From Trypanosoma brucei (lineage: Eukaryota), in NCBI GenBank assembly GCA_000002445.1, contig CM000208.1, positions 2,752,001 to 2,816,000 of the forward strand: a stretch of DNA of 64,000 nt, in the 5' to 3' direction. How positions within the stretch are numbered: the first letter of the stretch is position 1; each line of letters begins with the position of its first letter. A program made the position numbers and the translations under genes. This document shows positions 61,597 through 64,000 of the stretch, piece by piece. Below the pieces are notes generated by a model, which saw nothing but the letters and a program-made list of their open reading frames with translations, made no database searches and was not told where the DNA came from.

Positions 61597-62718
61597 ATGG
61601 GGTTGCTTAAGGTGGAGACTCACGTTATTAACGACGATGTGCAGGTAGATGATGTTTTACAGGAGCAAAGGCTCAGTGAATCCGTTCCTCTCTCACGCCG
61701 ACTGGAAGTAAGGAAACATACAAGTGGGCAAGGTGCCGTAGAATGTAAGGAGAAGGCAGCTACGTCGCAAATGTCTTCCCCTTCCACTCAATTAGTGGTA
61801 GCGGGTGAAACAACACCTTCCACCGACATACGGAGGTCACTAATGGCGCAAAGGGGTAGCAAACTTCCCTCCTGCACCAAAGAATGTGTTTCCAATACGA
61901 GTGTCAATAAGACTCCACTAAGTGCGTTGAAATTATCCCAAAACGCCTCGTCACCTGCTGCCAAACTTGCCTTCTTGAAAAGGCACAACAAGGCACCTTC
62001 TGTATCCCACCCGGGAGGTGCTATCCTTCCCGCACTGATGACGAGAGTTACCGATGTGGAGACGTTACTTTACACTCTCCTCCCCCCTCAGCGCATAGTG
62101 TGCGAGGAAACAGGGGAAACGATTGTGAAGTCGGTCTCATTAGAACAACCGTCTCGCGTTGAAGTAGCTAAATTGCACGAACGGACACTGCAGCAGCTAC
62201 AGCAGCGTCGGGCACGAGAATGGGGAATATGCCCGCTTAGACGTGAAATCTATACCGAGTTGTTCGATGAACTTATTAGAGAAATTACGCTTGAGGAACC
62301 CGCACGTGGTGTCTTGTTGCTTCGTATTCGTGATGAGATGAATCAAACCCTAGCTGCTCACCGCGCCCTTGCCGAGCGAACCTTACTTTTCGCCTCAAAG
62401 CAGCGGATGGAACCACCCGAAGATATCAGTGCCCTTCGTCAGCGGATAAAGGAACTGGAAGAGGAGCGGGAAGAATTACTGGTGAAGCGAAGGATGGCAA
62501 CTGTGCGGGAGGAACAGATACAGAGCGCGCTTCTTGATGAAAACACAGCTAGGGTGAAGTTGTGGCAAGATGAAACTTGTTACTACCGCCGCGCCAACAG
62601 ACAGGTATCACAGCGCATCAAGACAGAGACGGAGCGCGCAAATGCCCATGGTGTTCAGGTGGATCGCTTTGTTCTAGAGGGAGGTCCCCCATCGTCTGAC
62701 CTCGGTGTAGAGCTCTAG
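61597..62718 (+). CDS. Axonemal inner-arm dynein light chain p28 (DNALI1/IDA4 family) with about 200-aa Ser/Thr-rich N-terminal extension
   Basis: 373 aa. The core 'WGICPLRREIYTELFDELIREITLEEPARGVLLLRIRDEMNQTLAAHRALAERTLLF' closely parallels p28/DNALI1 as I remember it ('TGICPVRRELYSQCFDELIRQVTI..ERGLLLLRVRDEIRMTIAAYQTLYESSVAF'). It is followed by a coiled coil ('LRQRIKELEEEREELLVKRRMATVREEQ'). Confidence 0.8.
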   Translation: MGLLKVETHVINDDVQVDDVLQEQRLSESVPLSRRLEVRKHTSGQGAVECKEKAATSQMSSPSTQLVVAGETTPSTDIRRSLMAQRGSKLPSCTKECVSNTSVNKTPLSALKLSQNASSPAAKLAFLKRHNKAPSVSHPGGAILPALMTRVTDVETLLYTLLPPQRIVCEETGETIVKSVSLEQPSRVEVAKLHERTLQQLQQRRAREWGICPLRREIYTELFDELIREITLEEPARGVLLLRIRDEMNQTLAAHRALAERTLLFASKQRMEPPEDISALRQRIKELEEEREELLVKRRMATVREEQIQSALLDENTARVKLWQDETCYYRRANRQVSQRIKTETERANAHGVQVDRFVLEGGPPSSDLGVEL

Positions 62719-63425
62719 CGTGGATCTGTTGGCAGGAACACAAGTGACATTTAGTGTGTGTTTGGTCGTGAGACGGGGAAGGGGAAGCGGGTGAAGTTGC
62801 TTTCGTTTTGTATCCGCACTGTTCCCCTATTTTTATCCCTTTCCTCCCCTTCGTGCCGTTACACCACCTGGAGTATTGTGAGTACATTCCCCTTGACCGC
62901 AGCACTTTAAATGTTTAAACATGTATGTAATGGATTCGATAAAGTACTTCGAATGTGTCTGTCTGTCTTCCACTGAGAGCTCTTCCCTTTGTCAGGTGAC
63001 ACAGGATGTTATGTATATGCATATGTTGTTGAATGTAACGACAATAGCGTTCCAGCGTACCCGGTTGTCCCTTACGTTTCCGGACTGCAATGTGCATGTG
63101 CTCGTGCTTCTGTAGGTCCACAACAATCAAGGGCATTACCCAGTACCCCCAATTTGTGCTATACGAAGCCGAACGTTCGTTTTTGCGCGTATACCATCAA
63201 CTGGGGCCCTTTCTTTCTTCTCTCTTAGCTCATTTCTTGCGGCTGTTTGTGCTACTTTACTTCGAGTGATTGTTGTTAATGTTATCATCTGGAATGTACA
63301 TATATACATGCACTTTTTGTATGCTTGTTTAAAGCGTCAAAGCTCTGCACATTGTGCGCAAAGCTCAATAGTAACAATAGTAGGTCAATAACTACGTGGT
63401 CAAGGAAGGGCTGATAGGAACACAA

Positions 63426-64000
63426 ATGTCACAGGCAGGTGTGAGTGGGAATCGCACCACTTTGGCCACACCCTCTAATGACTGCAATGACAAGGAAATA
63501 TTGGATATTATTCAACAACGCGGTGCGCCACATCTCTATTGTTACCCGAGTGTGCGTGCCCACTCCGGTGTCCGTTCCTGTTACTATGCAGCCTGCGGCA
63601 GAGGCCCAACTTTGCCGCCACCACTCCGCACCGTCCTGTCGGCCGCTGCCTCATCATTTCACTGCATTGTTCAGGGGAGAGGTGTAAACATGACGCGGAG
63701 AACAGTGCGTGCGGAAGCGGAAGAAGAATGTATTGCAAAACAAATTTCTCCATCGTGCGGGGCCCCCCTTGTGAGTGATAGCACCGTTAGTATGGTAGAT
63801 GCAGTCTTAAGGCATTTGTGTATGGTCAAAGGCACCCCTGTCTTTCTTCCGGGCTTTTTATCGTATCCTTATTACAATCTGCTTGAGCTTTTTGATCGGT
63901 GGGGACTACATATTGTAGGTTACGATGTGGATTTCGTGAAAATGCGCGTAGACGAGAACGACCTTCGGCTGAAGGCAAGATCGGTGGGTTTGGCCGGTAG
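63426..64000 (+). CDS. Hypothetical protein, 3' partial (ORF runs off the window end; absent from the ORF track)
   Basis: By my manual translation the frame is open from a TAG at 63381-63383 to the window end. In-frame ATGs at 63426 and 63690 ('MTRRTVRAEAEEECIAKQISPSCGAPLVSDSTVSMVDAVLRHLCMVKGTPVFLPGFLSYPYYNLLELFDRWGLHIVGYDVDFVKMRVDENDLRLKARSVGLAG...'). It fits the + strand gene series; the region upstream of 63690 is less protein-like, so 63690 may be the true start. Confidence 0.4.
   Translation, partial: MSQAGVSGNRTTLATPSNDCNDKEILDIIQQRGAPHLYCYPSVRAHSGVRSCYYAACGRGPTLPPPLRTVLSAAASSFHCIVQGRGVNMTRRTVRAEAEEECIAKQISPSCGAPLVSDSTVSMVDAVLRHLCMVKGTPVFLPGFLSYPYYNLLELFDRWGLHIVGYDVDFVKMRVDENDLRLKARSVGLAG

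Noticed and set aside
1-64000. Prokaryotic-style systems (CRISPR arrays, operonic defence islands, integrases/transposases, toxin-antitoxin pairs)
   Set aside because: The window is eukaryotic (kinetoplastid). No direct-repeat/spacer arrays, no IS/transposase or phage-like ORFs, no Shine-Dalgarno operon structure. The repeats present are simple microsatellites.

Overview
This window reads as a trypanosomatid nuclear chromosome core, most consistent with a Trypanosoma brucei-group parasite. I base that on composition, codon usage and the polypyrimidine/(TA)n/(CA)n intergenic architecture; no species-level proof is possible from sequence alone. I found no prokaryotic-style defence or mobile system and would not expect one in a eukaryotic locus.

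Gene organisation:
- All 21 convincing protein-coding genes lie head-to-tail on the + strand, i.e. one polycistronic transcription unit, with no strand switch.
- I see no introns and no tRNA, rRNA or CRISPR features.
- The ORF track prints alternative start codons (TTG/GTG/CTG) as M, so I re-set several starts to the first in-frame ATG.

Recognisable products in order:
- a large EF-hand-like/WD40 protein, 5' partial at the window edge
- a bacterial PncB-type nicotinate phosphoribosyltransferase
- an arginine/serine-repeat (SR-like) protein
- a SKP1-like protein
- a PMCA-type Ca2+ P-type ATPase
- a PSP1 C-terminal-domain protein
- a protein prenyltransferase alpha subunit
- a small MGC dual-acylation-motif protein
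- a coiled-coil protein
- a GxSxG serine-hydrolase-like protein
- a CLC chloride channel with two CBS domains
- a YEATS-like protein
- guanylate kinase
- a CW-type zinc-finger protein
- two coiled-coil hypotheticals
- a Pumilio/PUF RNA-binding protein
- a large acidic hypothetical protein
- an axonemal inner-arm dynein light chain p28
- a 3' partial ORF running off the window end

Most worth a second look:
- Two unusually long gene-free blocks (about 4.7 kb at 18.8-23.5 kb and about 6.8 kb at 50.3-57.1 kb) whose purine/pyrimidine strand asymmetry alternates. They are candidate head-to-tail transcription-unit boundaries, very long UTRs or ncRNA hosts.
- A small mitochondrial-presequence-like ORF embedded in the second block.
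- An RS-domain protein whose RS tract is written by a near-perfect hexanucleotide DNA repeat.
- Two putative chromatin readers (YEATS-like, zf-CW) flanking guanylate kinase.
- A (TA)n microsatellite at the 5' end of the zf-CW gene that may hide a frameshift or extended start.
- A bacterial-like NAPRT.

All product calls rest on motif recognition by eye. None was checked by database search.
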